DNA of 63,459 nucleotides, filler included, from Hausera hauseri (Eukaryota): NCBI GenBank assembly GCA_046269625.1. It is 11 parts of 11 records of this genome, joined end to end, with 100 filler letters (N's around TTAATTAATTAA, not from the genome) between each part and the next. Parts side by side here need not be neighbours in the genome. Positions count along the whole stretch, not along the records: positions 11,631 to 16,170 come from JBJURY010536120.1; positions 16,271 to 22,742 come from JBJURY010097098.1; positions 22,843 to 28,720 come from JBJURY010175528.1; 8 more parts are not named here. One strand, 5' to 3'. Shown piece by piece: positions 13,101 to 27,401 of this stretch (position 1 is its first letter; each line of letters starts with the position of its first letter). The notes under the pieces were generated by a model. It saw only the letters and a program-made list of their open reading frames with translations, ran no database searches and was not told where the DNA came from. The position numbers and the translations under genes were made by a program.

Positions 13101-13304
13101 ACTATTTTTTCTTGCTGTAGACGATTTCTTCGACGGCTTTTACAACTTCAAACATTTTGATGTGCATTCGTAATCGCTCTCTCTTAGTTAAGGGGTCATC
13201 ATTGTCAGATTCTATTTTCGATACAATATCGGTGTCGTGGTCATTGTCATATACTTTCATTTCCAGTATTATAAAGTGGTACAGGTGTTTTGTAATTAGA
13301 TTCA

Positions 13305-13409
13305 TGAAGCGAAGATCGGGACCGACTATGGGCCCGACGCGGCGGTAACGGACTCACGGCCGTGCTGGACCAAATGGGCCAAATGGCACCGGCCGTTGTG
13401 GGCACCACA
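13305..13409 (-). repeat. 105-bp 3' LTR (family A)
   Basis: TG...CA on minus strand preceded by GGGGAGGTGA PPT; homologous to 10466-10567. Confidence 0.8.
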
Positions 13410-16170
13410 TCACCTCCCCGTGGCACAGTGAAAACTATAACGATCAAAACAGACAGAAAGAAATATTCGCTAAACGAAAAAGTGTATGTGTTAGTTGGTC
13501 TTAATGTGGACAAGACGTGCGTGTTTTGTCTTTTTGCGACGTGTTAGTTTGCAGAGTTTGAGGTTGGGAAAAAATTGTCGGATTTTGTTATGAATGTTGT
13601 GTCGTGCGAAGATGAGTCAGAATAAAGAGAAGAAGAAGGTGAAGGAGGAAGAGAGGTTGTTGGAGACAGACGGTTGAAGGTGTTCAAGAGAGTATTGGAA
13701 GATAAAGGACTGAAAAGAGGTGTAGTGGCTAATGAAGGAAGAGAGACTAAACGTGGCGTAGAACGTAAAATTGTATTAGGTGAAAGAGTAGGAGTAAAAA
13801 ATGAAACACAGGTAGTGCTAGAGAGAGGAAAAGAGATAAGAATAGAAGGAGAGAGAGGAGGAAGTTGCTAAGGGGAAATGAAAGTGGTAAAAGACAATGT
13901 ATGAGGAGAAAGGGAGAAAGAAAGCGCCGAAGATGAGGATGGTGTGGAAGGAAAAAAATAGAGAGAAGACGACGAAGCGGGACAAAGAGGAAAAGAACAA
14001 GAAAATGGAGAAGGCGAAGGAAAGTAGTAGGAAAGTGGTATGCAAGAGGCTGTAATGATGAAAGGAGTAGATGGAGAGATTGGTGAAGTTGAAGTGGTGT
14101 TTGACAGAGGAGGTATTGTAATGGGAGAATGCAAGTTTTCACCAGGGGATGGACGAGGTGTAAGAAGGCTTGAAGGTGCAAAATCGGATGGGGAATAAGA
14201 GGCTAAACTGTCAGGAAAAATTGAAGTAGAAGTCTTGGGAGAAAATTTAGGGGAAAGTGGGTTAAAGAATTGAGCAAAAATGGAAGGTGAATTGTTGGAT
14301 TTCTGCGCGTCGTGTAAAGACGTTGGTGGAGAAGTGGTTTCGATTGGCGACGTATCGTCAATGAAGAAAGCCAATTTAGCGTTGTTAATGTGAATTGTTA
14401 CTTCTTTATCGTCCTTGAGAATAATGATGTTGTGAGATTGTAAACGAATTACTTTGTAATGGCCAACGTACTGAGGTTGAAAACCACACGGCGTCTAATT
14501 ATTTAGCCAAACGAACTTAGCAGTATATAAATCGTCGGGTATGTATGGTTTATTTCCGTGTAATAGTCTACCAAATGAGTCTTTGCTGATGTCAACAAAG
14601 TGTCTCTGGGCAACTTGTATGGTTTCGTTCGTAGGAATATTGTCCAGCTCAGCCAGCTCAAATAATGGTCTGATAGAAGTACAAAATAATGCTTCTGCAG
14701 GTGAACAGCTTGTAGAAGTAGATGGTGTGTTCCGCCAGCCAAGCAGATCGTACGGAAGGAGTGTAGTCCAACTGCGATTGGACTCAGAAAGGATTTTGAG
14801 AGACATTTTTATCGTTCAGCTAAAGCGTTCGAGAAGGCCATTCGATTGAGGATGATATGGTGACGTGTAAATGTGGTTAATTCCCAATCGATTGAAAAGA
14901 GCTTTAAACAAGTTGGATTCGAACTGTGAACCTTAATCCGAAATGATGTGGCGAGGTGATTCAAACCTGCTGATACAAGTGCGGATGGACACGTCTGCGA
15001 TTGTTTCTGTGTTGGTGCTCCGAAGCAGGACAGCCTCTGGCCATATTGAGGAACGGATCATCATTGTGAAGATGAACTTATGGCCGTTGCCTAAGGGCAG
15101 TAGGCCTACAAGGTCAATATGAACAGATTCAAAACGAGACATTCATGGAAAATAATATAGTGGTGGCATTAAGTGCTTAGTAACTTTGTATTTTTGTCAT
15201 GCCACACACCGCATCGACGGCCATACTACCTGGCGTTGTAAGAGTCGAAAAATGGCCTAGGCACCGGTATGATGCAACAAATGGGTGTTGTTGAATGCTT
15301 CTTTTTGAAGCGATTCCGAAAGGATGACTTTAGGATTATTAGGTTTAAAGGTGTCAAAAACCACACCGTCGATGGTTTTGCACGATTTAAAAGATGTAAG
15401 GATGTTAGGAGGTGGCTGGTTTTGTTGAATCTTGAATTGAGGGAAAATTGGTGTAAAATCAATGGAGCTGACCGATCGGGACAAAAAGTCAGCTACTAAA
15501 TTTTTGACTCCGTTTAGGAGCTTAATTTCAAAGTTAAATGTGGATAAATACGATATTTGCCTCTCCTGATGTGGAGAAGACGATTTCATGGTGAGAATTT
15601 GAAGCAAGGGCTTTTGGTCCGTTTGTATTGTAAAGGTTCCTGCGTTTAGCAGATGTTTAAAGTGTTTTACGGCAAGGACCATTGCAAGCAACTCTCTGTT
15701 AAAGGTGGAATATATTTGCTTTTGTGCCATGAGTTTTCGATAAAAGAATTATAATGGCCCATGGGATCCATTTTTGACTTGATGGAGGACAGCACTGCAG
15801 CTGTTGTGGATGCATCCGTGGTTAAGAATAGTTCTGCATGGGAGTCGGGATAGGCGAGAATTTCCGCAATTTTTAGATTATCCTTGACGTAATCGAAAGG
15901 GTTGACTAGCTTGGCGGTCCATTGAATAGGCTGTTTTTCTTGCAAGAGCTTAGTGATGCAAAAAGGGCGGTTAGAATGGAGCAGTGTGGAATATATTTAT
16001 GAATAAAGTGCAAGGTTCCGAGGAAAGAACGCGTCTTTGTTGATATACATGGTAGTTGTATGTTTTTGAGCCGTGTGATGCATTCTGGCTGAGGTGAGTG
16101 TCCGGAGGTGCTAATAACATATCCTAGGAAGTTGACCTTATGTTGAAAAAAGAGCATTTGGCGAAATTAC
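13305..16170 (-). mobile_element. Degenerate CsRn1-like gypsy element (RT end-RH-INT-tail-LTR), same family as 7560-10567
   Basis: Colinear homology; TTDAS, ELLAMVLAVKHF, HIDLVG, GWRNTP. Confidence 0.93.
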
Positions 16171-16270
16171 NNNNNNNNNNNNNNNNNNNNNNNNNNNNNN
16201 NNNNNNNNNNNNNNTTAATTAATTAANNNNNNNNNNNNNNNNNNNNNNNNNNNNNNNNNNNNNNNNNNNN

Positions 16271-19200
16271 ATTTCTAATTGTGATAAACATTAATATATA
16301 TTTGGGAAACTTATACTATTTGAAATTCAACAGTGGCGTCAAGAGCACAAATACAGGTTTGGGGAATCACCAGTCAAAACTCCGAAAACCTTCGAAGGAG
16401 ACAATGTTGACCAATTTTTGAAATGCATGGATGGATTTATGCGGCAGCTTGAGATATGGGAAGAAACAGGCTAAAATTTTCATTTAGTACTTAGATATTC
16501 AGTGCTTTGTGAAATCATAGTGGGGTTCCAGCCTAAATAGAATGGCTCAAAGAAACTTTCAAAATTATATGGTGAAGAAAGGTTATTGAAATTATTTAGC
16601 ATTCGACAGAGGGATGGTCAATAGACGAAGGAGTTCACGAAGGTAGTAAGAATTCGTTGTTTTAAGGAACTACCGGAGTTGAAGTTTGAGTTAAGAGAAA
16701 CGGAAACTCTCCACGTTTTTATAAATGGACTGATTAATGAGTTCAGAAGGCCCTAAAAAAGTTGCAGCCTAAAACCCTGGATGAAGCATTCGATATGATG
16801 AAAAAGGAATGTAAAACTCAGGAACTTCTGTAAACATTAAACGTACTGGCCCAAAATGACGAAATGCGCATGCTCAGTGCCAAAATATCTTAACTGAACA
16901 AACGCATTAGCTCCCTGAATGAAGCTGAAAATACTGCAGTGAAAAAAGCCACCGGGTCGATGATAATACAATAGTATAAAGAATACGGCAATCAGAGAAA
17001 AGAGTGGATTCTGGAATTGTGGAAGCAGCAGTTATATTGTGAATATATATCTTATATTCAAAGTCTCTAGTTTGCAAGAAATGGAACAAGAGGCATATAG
17101 AAAAATTTTGTGGACGTGGTCGAGTCTGCTAGTATATCAAGTAATGAAAGTGAAACAGATACGAGAACAAGTACCGTAGAATCCAGCATTTGTTATACTT
17201 CAAATGCCAAGTGAATGAAAAGGAATGTAACGATACAAAGCCAGGAAAATCCTTTTCCATCGAAAGAGCACTAACACTGTAAAAGACTGGAACAAACCCG
17301 TTTGATACGGGCAGATCAAGGGAAACAACAAAAAAATCTTATTAGACACAAAGGAGCCGAAGTGAACGTTATCAGCAAGGACATGATGAAAAAGTTAAAA
17401 GGCTCAGATAACACGTTGAAAACCCGACAGTCATCCAAAATAATCAAGTGTTCTGATTGATTTACAGTGCCCGTACGGGATACAGGAAGTATCCCTAATG
17501 GTTCAAATAGATGCTAAGTTAAAAACCTGTAACTTCTTAAATGTTGATGGTCGCAGCCCTGGCATAATTCTTGGGATACGAAGTATGAAGAGTCTTGAAC
17601 TTAATACCGATATCGACAATAATGGCGTTAATAGTGGAGCAATTTTTGTTCCTTGTGTCTAAGGTAAGAGCAGACACAACAGACTCAACAAATCAGTTAA
17701 ACTGAAAGGGCAAGGTTTGAGGAATCGAAATTAGTATATGCACTGAGACTCAGCCTGTAACAGCTGCGTTGCACACGAACCGACCGAAATTGAATATATT
17801 TATCCAAATTTCAATGTAGGTGATATTGAGAGATAAAATTGCTAGCTTAGTGAAAGAATTCAGAGATGTATTTAGTTTGTCTAAATGTGATATCGGACTG
17901 GCGCGAAACACTGAACATAAGGCAGAGCTTAAAGATAATAACCCAATACAGGAGCAGGCAAAAAGAATATCTATTGAACTCCAAGAAAAAGTCGATAATT
18001 TTATTTAACAGTTGCTACAAAAAATATTATTCAACCAAGTATATCAGAGTTAAACGCTTCTATAGTTATTGTGCCGAAGAAGGACGGAAACATTCAACTT
18101 ACAGTGGATTACGGGAGATCAAATCAGAAGACAAAAGTGCCTTCATTTCTTATTCCGAATATGCAGCTGTGCCAGCAACTTTCCAAAGTTATAAAAATGA
18201 TATTGAAGGAGGAAGGCTGGAAAGAATGTTTAATATATTTGGAAAGACATAGGAGGAACAACTTGACAGACTGCGAAATGTGCTAACCAAAATCAAAGAA
18301 GCTGGCTTAAGAATTGCACAAGCAGTGCCACCTAGACCATATAGTGCCAGCCAGTGGAATTTCAACGGATGAGGATAAAATCAAGTGGATCCATGATTGG
18401 CCACCACCAGTCTCGAGAAGATATGGGGAAATATATTGAACTTTGCGGATAATACTGAAATTACATTAAAGATTACGCCAAAATTACTGTCATTGGAAGA
18501 GCCATGTAGCGACATTTGGAATAAAACAAAGATTAGAAAAAAGGGTCCTTTGAAATAGACAGATTATATGCTCAACAGTTTCCTTCATTTAAAACAATTA
18601 ACAACAGCTCCAATTTTGTCCATTGGAAATAGCCATGGTCATTTTATTTTGGATACGGATGCCTGCGATAATACCATGGGATGAGTCCTTTCTCAAGTTC
18701 AAAGTGAAGATGAAAGTATAATAGCCGACGATTCACATAAATTGTCTACAGCAGAACAACATTATTGTGTGACACGAAGAGTTGCTAAATGCCTATAAAT
18801 ACATAAAAATGTTTAGATACTATTTGTTTGGAAGATTTGTGATAAGAACAGATCGCAAGGCTCTATGCTGGATGATGAATGGGAAAACACCAAGTAGAAG
18901 CCAATTTAATTCATGTCTCTGAGTTAAATGTTTTCGATATGGATATCGAATACAGGAAAGAACATAAGAATGTAGATTCTCTATCCAGAGCACCTGAACA
19001 ATGTCAACAATGCCCGATAAATCACGAGAATCCTAAGGCAAAATGAAATGTGAAATGTCAGATGGATGATGGCAATCTTGGGTTGATTATCAAACTCAAA
19101 CGACAAAAACATTTAAGATCAATATCCGGGAGAACTCCAGAATTCAAGCAGAAGCCCAGATGCCATGGCGAAATCGGAAGGACTTGCAATTTAAAGACTT

Positions 19201-20013
19201 GTTGCAAAAAATAGGAGGTATCAAAACCATCGACCATGCTCATGTTACATGGACATATTGGAGTCAGTAAAACGACACATCTTTTAAAGGATAAATTCTA
19301 CTGGCCACGTATGTCTTGACATTAGAATAAAAATAGGAAAATGTAAAGGGTAGAAAGTCTGAAAATCAACGGCCAGACAAAAATAGGGCACGTGGATCCT
19401 TAAACGCTGGGTATCTCTGAAACCATATCCATCGATATAACATGTCCTCTTCCAGAAAGCAGAAATGGATGTAGATAAATTTAGGAAATCATCGAAAACT
19501 TTTCAAAATACCCTATGCTGATACATCTGAAGAATATGACTGCCTAGGATCTCGCAATTTGGAACCCCTGACTGGATACATTAAAATAGGGATACTTTCT
19601 TCGAGAACGACATCTTACATGAATCATATGTACTTCTCGGAATAAGAAAAATCCAGAAATTACCATACCATCCCCAGGTGAATGGGTGATTTAGAGATCA
19701 TTCGGCACAGTGAAGAATATGCTTTACGCAACAGCAAAGTCTTCCAGTTGTAAGTAGGGAGAAACAATTCCCATTGTGGAATTCAGACTGAGAAATACTA
19801 GATTATCACCATTCGATGTGACATTTGGTCGAAGATGAAGTCCGTCTATTCGTAAGGAAAGTAGTTCCAGTAAAAGGGATAAACATTAAACGATATTTCA
19901 TAGATCTTCAAAGTGTTACAAGTATTTACACAACCGATCAAGGCTAAGAATGAATTAAGAAACGGTAATGACTAGAATATTATCTCACAAAGGAAAATAT
20001 GGGTACAGATTAA
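16271..20013 (+). mobile_element. Highly decayed Ty3/gypsy element of a second family (gag, PR, RT, RH, INT remnants)
   Basis: EFRDVFS..DIG, PKKDGNIQLTVDY, FILDTDAC, RTDRKAL, HGHIG..K..FYWP, YHPQ.NG remnants. Confidence 0.85.
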
Positions 20014-22320
20014 AGTAGTTAAATATGAGGAAAGAAATGGTTCGGGATTTTTGTTTTAATTTGGGTTTTGGCGTAATGTGATTGGTCCGTTTGTTCAAAC
20101 GTTGGCAGTGAACAAATCATTATCTTGAGCGAATTAGGTTTCACTATTCCCACCCCTAAAACAGAATTTTAGGCCTCATTATGACCTCTTCTTTGTTTTA
20201 AGTTCTCAAAGACGATATACAGCACTATTATTATAATGTGTACATATTTATTATAAGCCTAAGTAATGAGATTTAAAACTTTTATTGATATAACATACAA
20301 AAATATGTACGAAAAAAATGTTCACATATACAGTAATGTCCGTAAGCAACTGATCTGTTTTCCTCAATCCAGTGGCGTTTATCGTCGAACGGGCCCAGTG
20401 CTTTCTTTTTTGAGCCGATTGTCATAAGTTGGTGGATTTTACTGCCAATTCACTCCTGGTGCAACATGGTGCTGCAACCGGTTTCATAAGCATGTAGACA
20501 GTTACTAAACTGCAAGTCTGTCTGCTTGAGATTGATATCTTTGCACTTGGGGACTGGTTTGGTTTGGGTTTTGAGGGCATAGGATTTCGGTCTTAGAAAA
20601 ATCGCCTCTTGATACTGAACGCTGCCCTTCCTCTCGTTTGCCATCATTGCCGGCAACAGTTGCGATTTAAAATTCATACCATGGAATTCGATGAAAAAAC
20701 TGTCACCGGCAACGATATTAAGTTCACAATTAAACTGGTGCCTATGTCTCCAACTCGATATAATCCAGCTCATACATCCGTAACTTGGATAGATCAAGTA
20801 CGGCCTGACCGATGTATGAGGGTCTATCTAATGTTACCATATCTTTATCGAGAACGGCAACCAGACCATCGGCTATTATAATGCTCTCTTTAAACTGGGC
20901 CTTACTAGCATATGTAACAAGCTTTTTAGCATTATTGCAGTCTCAGGTTTGACCTATTCAGCAAATTTTCAACGGTTTTGTCATGTAAGCTGTTGTTCTT
21001 AAGCTTAAAGTCGTTTTCAAAACGATTCTTTGCTGCAGCCCTCTGCAGTATTTAGATCAATATAATCCTTAAAGACATATCCATGGTCAAACTCAACGGC
21101 CCGATGCACCTTTTCAATTACAGCGCCTAACTCGATGTACAGCTGTAATAACCGATAGTGAACAACATAGTTGGACTTACGCTCGTGTCAGCAGCAATTT
21201 CTTAACTTTTGAACCAGTACATTTATTAATTGGGGCTTGAGGCAATTGATCCAACGTATCATGTTTGTCAGCAGGAATGCTTAAGTCAACTTCAAAGACT
21301 AAGACTCGTTTTTCCGTGACACAGTCAATATAGAGCAACTGTTCAATTAGACAGTTTAACTTATTCTCATTATATATCCATACCAAATTCGCAAATGACA
21401 GTGGCTGCGATAAAGTCCAACCATACAAATTATTTATATCTATGTACAAAAAACTAGTGCTTTCATCAGTGGTGACCCTATGCTTATTTAAAAGTCATAC
21501 CACCGCGAATATCCGACTGAAAGAACTGATACATCTCAGGATCCTGTATAAACTCAATCTTACAAGGACTCGATTTTCATGCTGTGGCCCAAGATAAACC
21601 AAGAATGGACACGAAATTAACCGTCTCTAATCCATCCTGCATCTTAACCTCTTCTAAACCGCCCAAAGACATCGCCTAACAAGTATACGTCAAGCTTCAT
21701 ATATACCAACATACAATCTAAAAGACAGCTACAACTGTATTTTGACCTAACCAATTGTGCTTCCTCATAATCGGTATCAGTAACTCCATCCCATTTCGGT
21801 GGTAAGTCTTTAATAGACTGCAAGTCAGTGAAAGATTTTGCTGTAGTATATGGAAAAATACCTTTTCCCTTAATAATATCAGAAGGAAAAGTCGACTTAG
21901 TAAATGGGTAACTACTTAAGTTGGAGGCTAATGTTTTTAGTGAAGCCGGTAGAAACTGTAACGAGTTGAGAAACCGAATAGATACAGACTTTTTCTGAGC
22001 AGCGTATCATTGCCTACATTGTTAGGAACTTTTCAATTGTTTGCGGAATTACACTTAATTCCCAAGTTTCGAATTTATTTAATGCGTGTTTTAAGATATG
22101 ATGCAGGTCATATCCACGCAAATTGTGAAAAATAACAGGTAAATTATCCATAATCTTTCGAGCTAAGTTATACTGATTACAAGCTGGGCCTAAGTATTTA
22201 CCTGTAACATGGCAGTGATCCTAACAAATGTGGTGCCCTTTTCATGGCATAAGTAACATGATGTGGAATTTTTAAACTGAAACCATTCAGCTGATGTTAA
22301 CGGAATCATTGGTGTGGGGC
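20014..22320 (-). mobile_element. Polinton/Maverick end: shortened TIR plus decayed PolB
   Basis: AGTAGTT terminus at 20014, conserved TIR blocks, PolB ending just inside the TIR. Confidence 0.85.
20325..22310 (-). pseudogene. polB: Protein-primed family B DNA polymerase
   Basis: DHCHVTGKYLGPAC, FHNLRGYD, KGIFPY, YIDINNLYG, KLKNNS, GDSFF, KSYAL, FDDKR; frameshifted. Confidence 0.9.
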
Positions 22321-22366
22321 TCGGTCATTTTCCCTTTCCGTTGTAGAAGGGTCTGATGTTGGTCAA

Positions 22367-22711
22367 TCATGGTTTTATACCACCGAGAGAATGCTTTAAT
22401 GAGCCGGATTCTTGGTATACATCTCTTAGAGTGGATGATGGCTGTTGAGACGGTTGAAGAGGAGTGCTGCTGAGTAGCGCTGATATAGGTAACAAATCCT
22501 GATGTATCATAGTTGATGGAGGGTCACGGTTCATACTGTTAAAAATTTCATCGGCGGCGTCTTTGATACCTCGTAGACATGTATTATCGTCATTATTGCC
22601 ACGCATTTCTTCGAGACTCAAGGTGATTATTGCAAATGCTTCACCAATCAATTTAGTCAGACGAGAACGATCCGATTCCGGTCGAAGATTTTTATGATTT
22701 AATGCTTCCAA
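22367..22711 (-). CDS. Hypothetical protein fragment
   Basis: Open 114-aa frame running from near the contig end; no recognisable motif. Confidence 0.25.
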   Translation of the reverse strand: MEALNHKNLRPESDRSRLTKLIGEAFAIITLSLEEMRGNNDDNTCLRGIKDAADEIFNSMNRDPPSTMIHQDLLPISALLSSTPLQPSQQPSSTLRDVYQESGSLKHSLGGIKP

Positions 22712-22842
22712 AGAATTAATAACGTCCTGATATTTTGTCTGANNNNNNNNNNNNNNNNNNNNNNNNNNNNNNNNNNNNNNNNNNNNTTAATTAATTAANN
22801 NNNNNNNNNNNNNNNNNNNNNNNNNNNNNNNNNNNNNNNNNN

Positions 22843-25300
22843 TGTGGGTATTTTTTATCATCATCACGCGTCCTGTCTAATGGTAGGTAACGGGTGTTTC
22901 CCAAGATAGAGTAAGTTAAGGCTACCAATGCCTGGTGGGTGCCACTGAGGTTAGGGTTGGCAGGCAGGAGCATACATCAGGCAACCAAGCACAGGAACCT
23001 AAGTTCAGGGGCATATGAACAAGGGGTCTATATAGTGCTCCCACACGTGCCCAGCCGCCTTTTTCTATAAGGAACTCCCTTGGCCACCTCTAATGTCGGT
23101 CTGATTCCGTTGCATCAGACTGTGACGTCATACTATGTTCCGCTTCTTATTATATGAAAGCTAACTACACCCAGCTGTCTTATCAATTACTGTTATCTTG
23201 AATCTTCTGACGACCAGATTCCATACCACAAGAACCTATACAACCCACCACACCCACCTCAGATTCCATAAGAACAGTTGTCACTATAAGAGTCCCTTGA
23301 CGATAGTCACTGTGAATGGCTGCCCCTGGGAAACAATATACCACCCACATTTCTGTGTGCAACCACAACTGCTTACATTAAGATTACACAAAAAGAAGAC
23401 CTAATCTATACATCCTTAATAAGACATATTCTACAACTACTGAGGACAGAGACCTACCAACACCAGCTACCCTCATGTATACTTATATAACAATACTACA
23501 TGAAGAAAAAAGAACTAACCCACCCCAGTATCTTGCATATACTGTATATAATGTAAATGCTATGAAAATGAATGAACTATGAACTATTTTCCCTCATCTA
23601 TTGACTTTTTCATCAACTACCGACATCATTTAGTTTTATAATGTCTTACCACTTTTGTAAAAATTAAAATAAATTGTCTATAAAACGGCTACTACGCCTC
23701 TGTTATATTTACTTATACGTTTGTACATCACTCTTTATCCACGCCTATTTTATCTTCACCGATTATTCATCTCTGCTGTAAACTTAAGTGCAGGGTTGGC
23801 TATGACTCACCACACAAAATACTGAGGAAGAATCAATACGACCCACCACCAGCTGCCCTTATGAATACTTCCATAGGAACGACGACGAAGAAGACAATCA
23901 ACCCCTGCTCGCTTCTAACAATACACCCTAATCTGCAGAGAGACATGCTCGCCAACGTCTTTAGGCAGTGCACTTGATGCTGCTGATATCTTATAATTCT
24001 CCTGAATGTTTTCCTATTTAGGATATATATTTGTCTTCTCTCTATACGACTCAACAGGTCCATCATCGATTGCCTCCTGCCACCTCTAATCGCCACTTAC
24101 TGTCTCAAACCAAACAACAAAAATGCTTACCTGCTATCCGCTATTTATCTAATAATTCTACCCTGAATATTTTCCAATGTAGTTTATACATTTGTCACTA
24201 CATAGACCCTTGTTCGTATTTCCCCTGACATAGGCCCCTGTGCCTGGTAGCCTGAACATATACTCCTACCTACCAACCTCGAGAGCACCCACCAGTCTCT
24301 GGTACTCTTATTATACTCTTATTACCCGTTACCTACTGTTAAGCAGGACACATGATGATGATAATGACAAATATCCACACTCGAAGACAAAACACATCCC
24401 ATCCCCAAATACCTGCCTATTTTTCCTAAATGACTTCTAAGTTTGTCTCTAAATAACTCATGCCTGCCTCTACCAAGGCACAGGATGATAATGCCTAATA
24501 GCTATACCTGAAGCAAAAGCAGAAACATTCCCCCGTACCCCAACATCTAATTTCCTGTATGGCGTATCTACACTTTTTAACCACCCATTACCTACTAATA
24601 GGCAGGACACGTGGTGATGATGATGATGACTTATACCTTAAAAGAGGCACGCCCTATACTCCGCATATTTTTCCTATATGGCTTATACATTAGTCACTAC
24701 ACGGCCCCTTGCCTGTAGGCCCTCTGACCATAGACCCTTGTGACCGCCTGTCCCATGACCACCAGTGCCCTGATAGTACGCCCTGACTACCAACTCCATC
24801 CTTGGTAGCCCCACCAGTCCCCTGACTTATCTACATTTGTCTTGTGAAACAATATACCCTAGGTAATAATAATGATGATGGTCGCCACCTAAATGCTATA
24901 GGGTGACCCTCTTCTGCTGCTCAAAGTACATAAGAAGAGGACGTAACTCATCCCGATCCCCCAAAACCTAAAAAATGCCCTATAAGTCTTATAAATTTGT
25001 CACTACACGGCCGCGTGATGACATCTATCAATGCACATAATGATGATGACTAATATCTATGCTAGAAGACGTAGAAGAAAACACGACCCATCTGCCTACA
25101 CCTATATATTTCCTATATATTTTAAATATTTGTTACTACACGGGGCCCTGACCGTGGCCCCTGATAGTATGCCCCTGACTACCAGCCCCAGAACTCTGTA
25201 GCTCCAACCAGCCACCGGTAGCTTTATCTTACTCCTATCTTGGGAAAAGCGCCCATTACTACTATTAGGCAGGACACATAATGGTGATCACTAATACCTA
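22843..25300. repeat. Degenerate C/A-rich repeat array with an inverted copy
   Basis: 22843-23036 is the reverse complement of ~24196-24380; partial copies near 24580, 24690 and 25130. Confidence 0.7.
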
Positions 25301-25850
25301 AAAAAAAAGAGGAGAAACATATCCCACCTCCACCCCATCCTTTATAATTACTTATCAATTACTGTTATCTCCGGGAACAATAACATACCCGTCTTCATAC
25401 CCTATCCACGGATACTTTGTTCTATTTCATTGCACCTGCGAATGACATCATAGTTGCTTATATGGCTCTTTGAACCTTAGAAATCCGCGTTGAAATTCAC
25501 ATGGTATACTACTCGTGTGATGCAGGAACACAAACCACTGCCCAGATGGAATTACAAGTGAGCACTGGGACAAATATTCAGTGCTGTAAGGCCAAAAAAA
25601 ATGACACAACAAACTGAAAACAATGGTTCAAAGCTTTAACAAAAGCAACGCACAAGCAGCTGCTGAATGCATCCCCCCTGGGGCAAGCCGAAATTATAAA
25701 CCATACTGAGCAGAAGATATTCAAAAGCTTGAAGATTAAGAAGCACAAGACTACATAGCAGAGAGGGAATAGTCCACTGAGGCAAACATTTCATTTAAAA
25801 CAACATCCGCAAAGTATACAAAAGTACTAAATCAGAAAATAAGAAAGTGT

Positions 25851-26190
25851 TTGAAAGAAAAAAATGAAAATCTAGATGGGGAGGGGAACAAATTATGGAA
25901 ATTAGCCAAGGACCTGGACAATGAAGGATACCACGCCGCTATGTATATACTGACAACTATAATGGAAAGATCAATAGAAGTTCAGACAGATTTATTTTTG
26001 TATTTTATTGATTACACCAAGGCTTTTGACAAAGTTAAGCATAAAGAAATGAATCAGATGCTCGAGGACATAAACGTGGACGGCAAAGATCTAAGACTAA
26101 TAAAGATCTTATACTGGCAACAAAAGGCAGCAGTACGGATTGAAAACCAAACAGGACCATTTCATGAGATAAAACAGGGTATACAACAGG
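25851..26190 (+). mobile_element. RTE-clade LINE RT fragment
   Basis: FIDYTKAFDKVKH, LYWQQKAAVR, IKQGIQQ. Confidence 0.85.
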
Positions 26191-27401
26191 CAGCTTATAC
26201 AACTACTGTGGGTAAGATGATACTCACCTTCAGCTACCTTTATGCTTGCTTACATAAATATACTACCCGCCGTAACCAAGCATCCACCCAATAAGTTTAC
26301 ATAAGAACTAAAAAGAAGATCTATCCCATCTTCAGCATCCTTATTAGGCATCCTCTACAACTACTGTGGGTAAGTCGAACCCCACCATCAGCTACCCTTA
26401 TGAAGACCAAGCAAAACAGTAAATATCATCCGCCGTGATCCCTATAATTATCTCACCCACCCGCTAACGACCAAATTACATAAGAAGAAGACCTAACCCA
26501 TACACCTTTATCAATACTTACATAATAAGTAGATAAAACAGTAGCCTTATCAAATGTTATTACATAAAAAAAAATTATCTACCTTTAAAACTTGTCTCGC
26601 CTTACAAAAAAAAAAAAAAATCGTCTTCTCCTTACAAAAATTTCTTATCTCCTCTTACTACCTGGGTCGGCCGCCCTCTTGTACCCTCGTATTTTGCTAT
26701 TGCCCCTATATTAGCCCCAGAAATTCGCGTCGTTTTGCACACACAGTACGTCTTACGTGTTTTCTTATTATTTTTTTAGAGACACAGTAACACAACTCCA
26801 CTTATCGGGTTACTGATTTAAACCAAACAATACATATTCAAAGTTTCTGTTGCAATCATGCTAATTTTGACATAAAGGAAATCCATTTCTTAGATAAGTA
26901 TTTGAATAGAAACCAGAATAGTCCAGGTCATGTCAGGTTGTACTGAAAGTTGTACTTAGATGGCTCCAGTTCTGATTGTTCACGTGTGAACAATATTTTT
27001 TATTACAATCTATCATATTTCAAACTATAATGTAATGGTGTTTCGTTACCTTTGTTAGTTAACTTTTGCTGTTTTTTTTACTTTGTTAAGCAGTCCTTAG
27101 CTGGCGAAGAAAACTATTCATGTATTCTAAGAGGTATTACCACTTATATATTTTTTTTCCTGATTCAGTTGTAATCATTACATTATTTCTTGTTCTTTTT
27201 TATAATTGTTACAGCAGGTCAGAGCGTTGGTGGATTGATGCAGACATACGGAGTAACCAATCAGAAGCGATATGCTCAGCCTATCACCAATGTATAAATT
27301 GATTGCTATCTTTAGAGGCTTCGTGGACATCGCATTTGGTTTGGTAGTTATTTTATCATTTAGTTATTATGCATTTCATTTCATTTTAGTTTAGGTATTT
27401 C

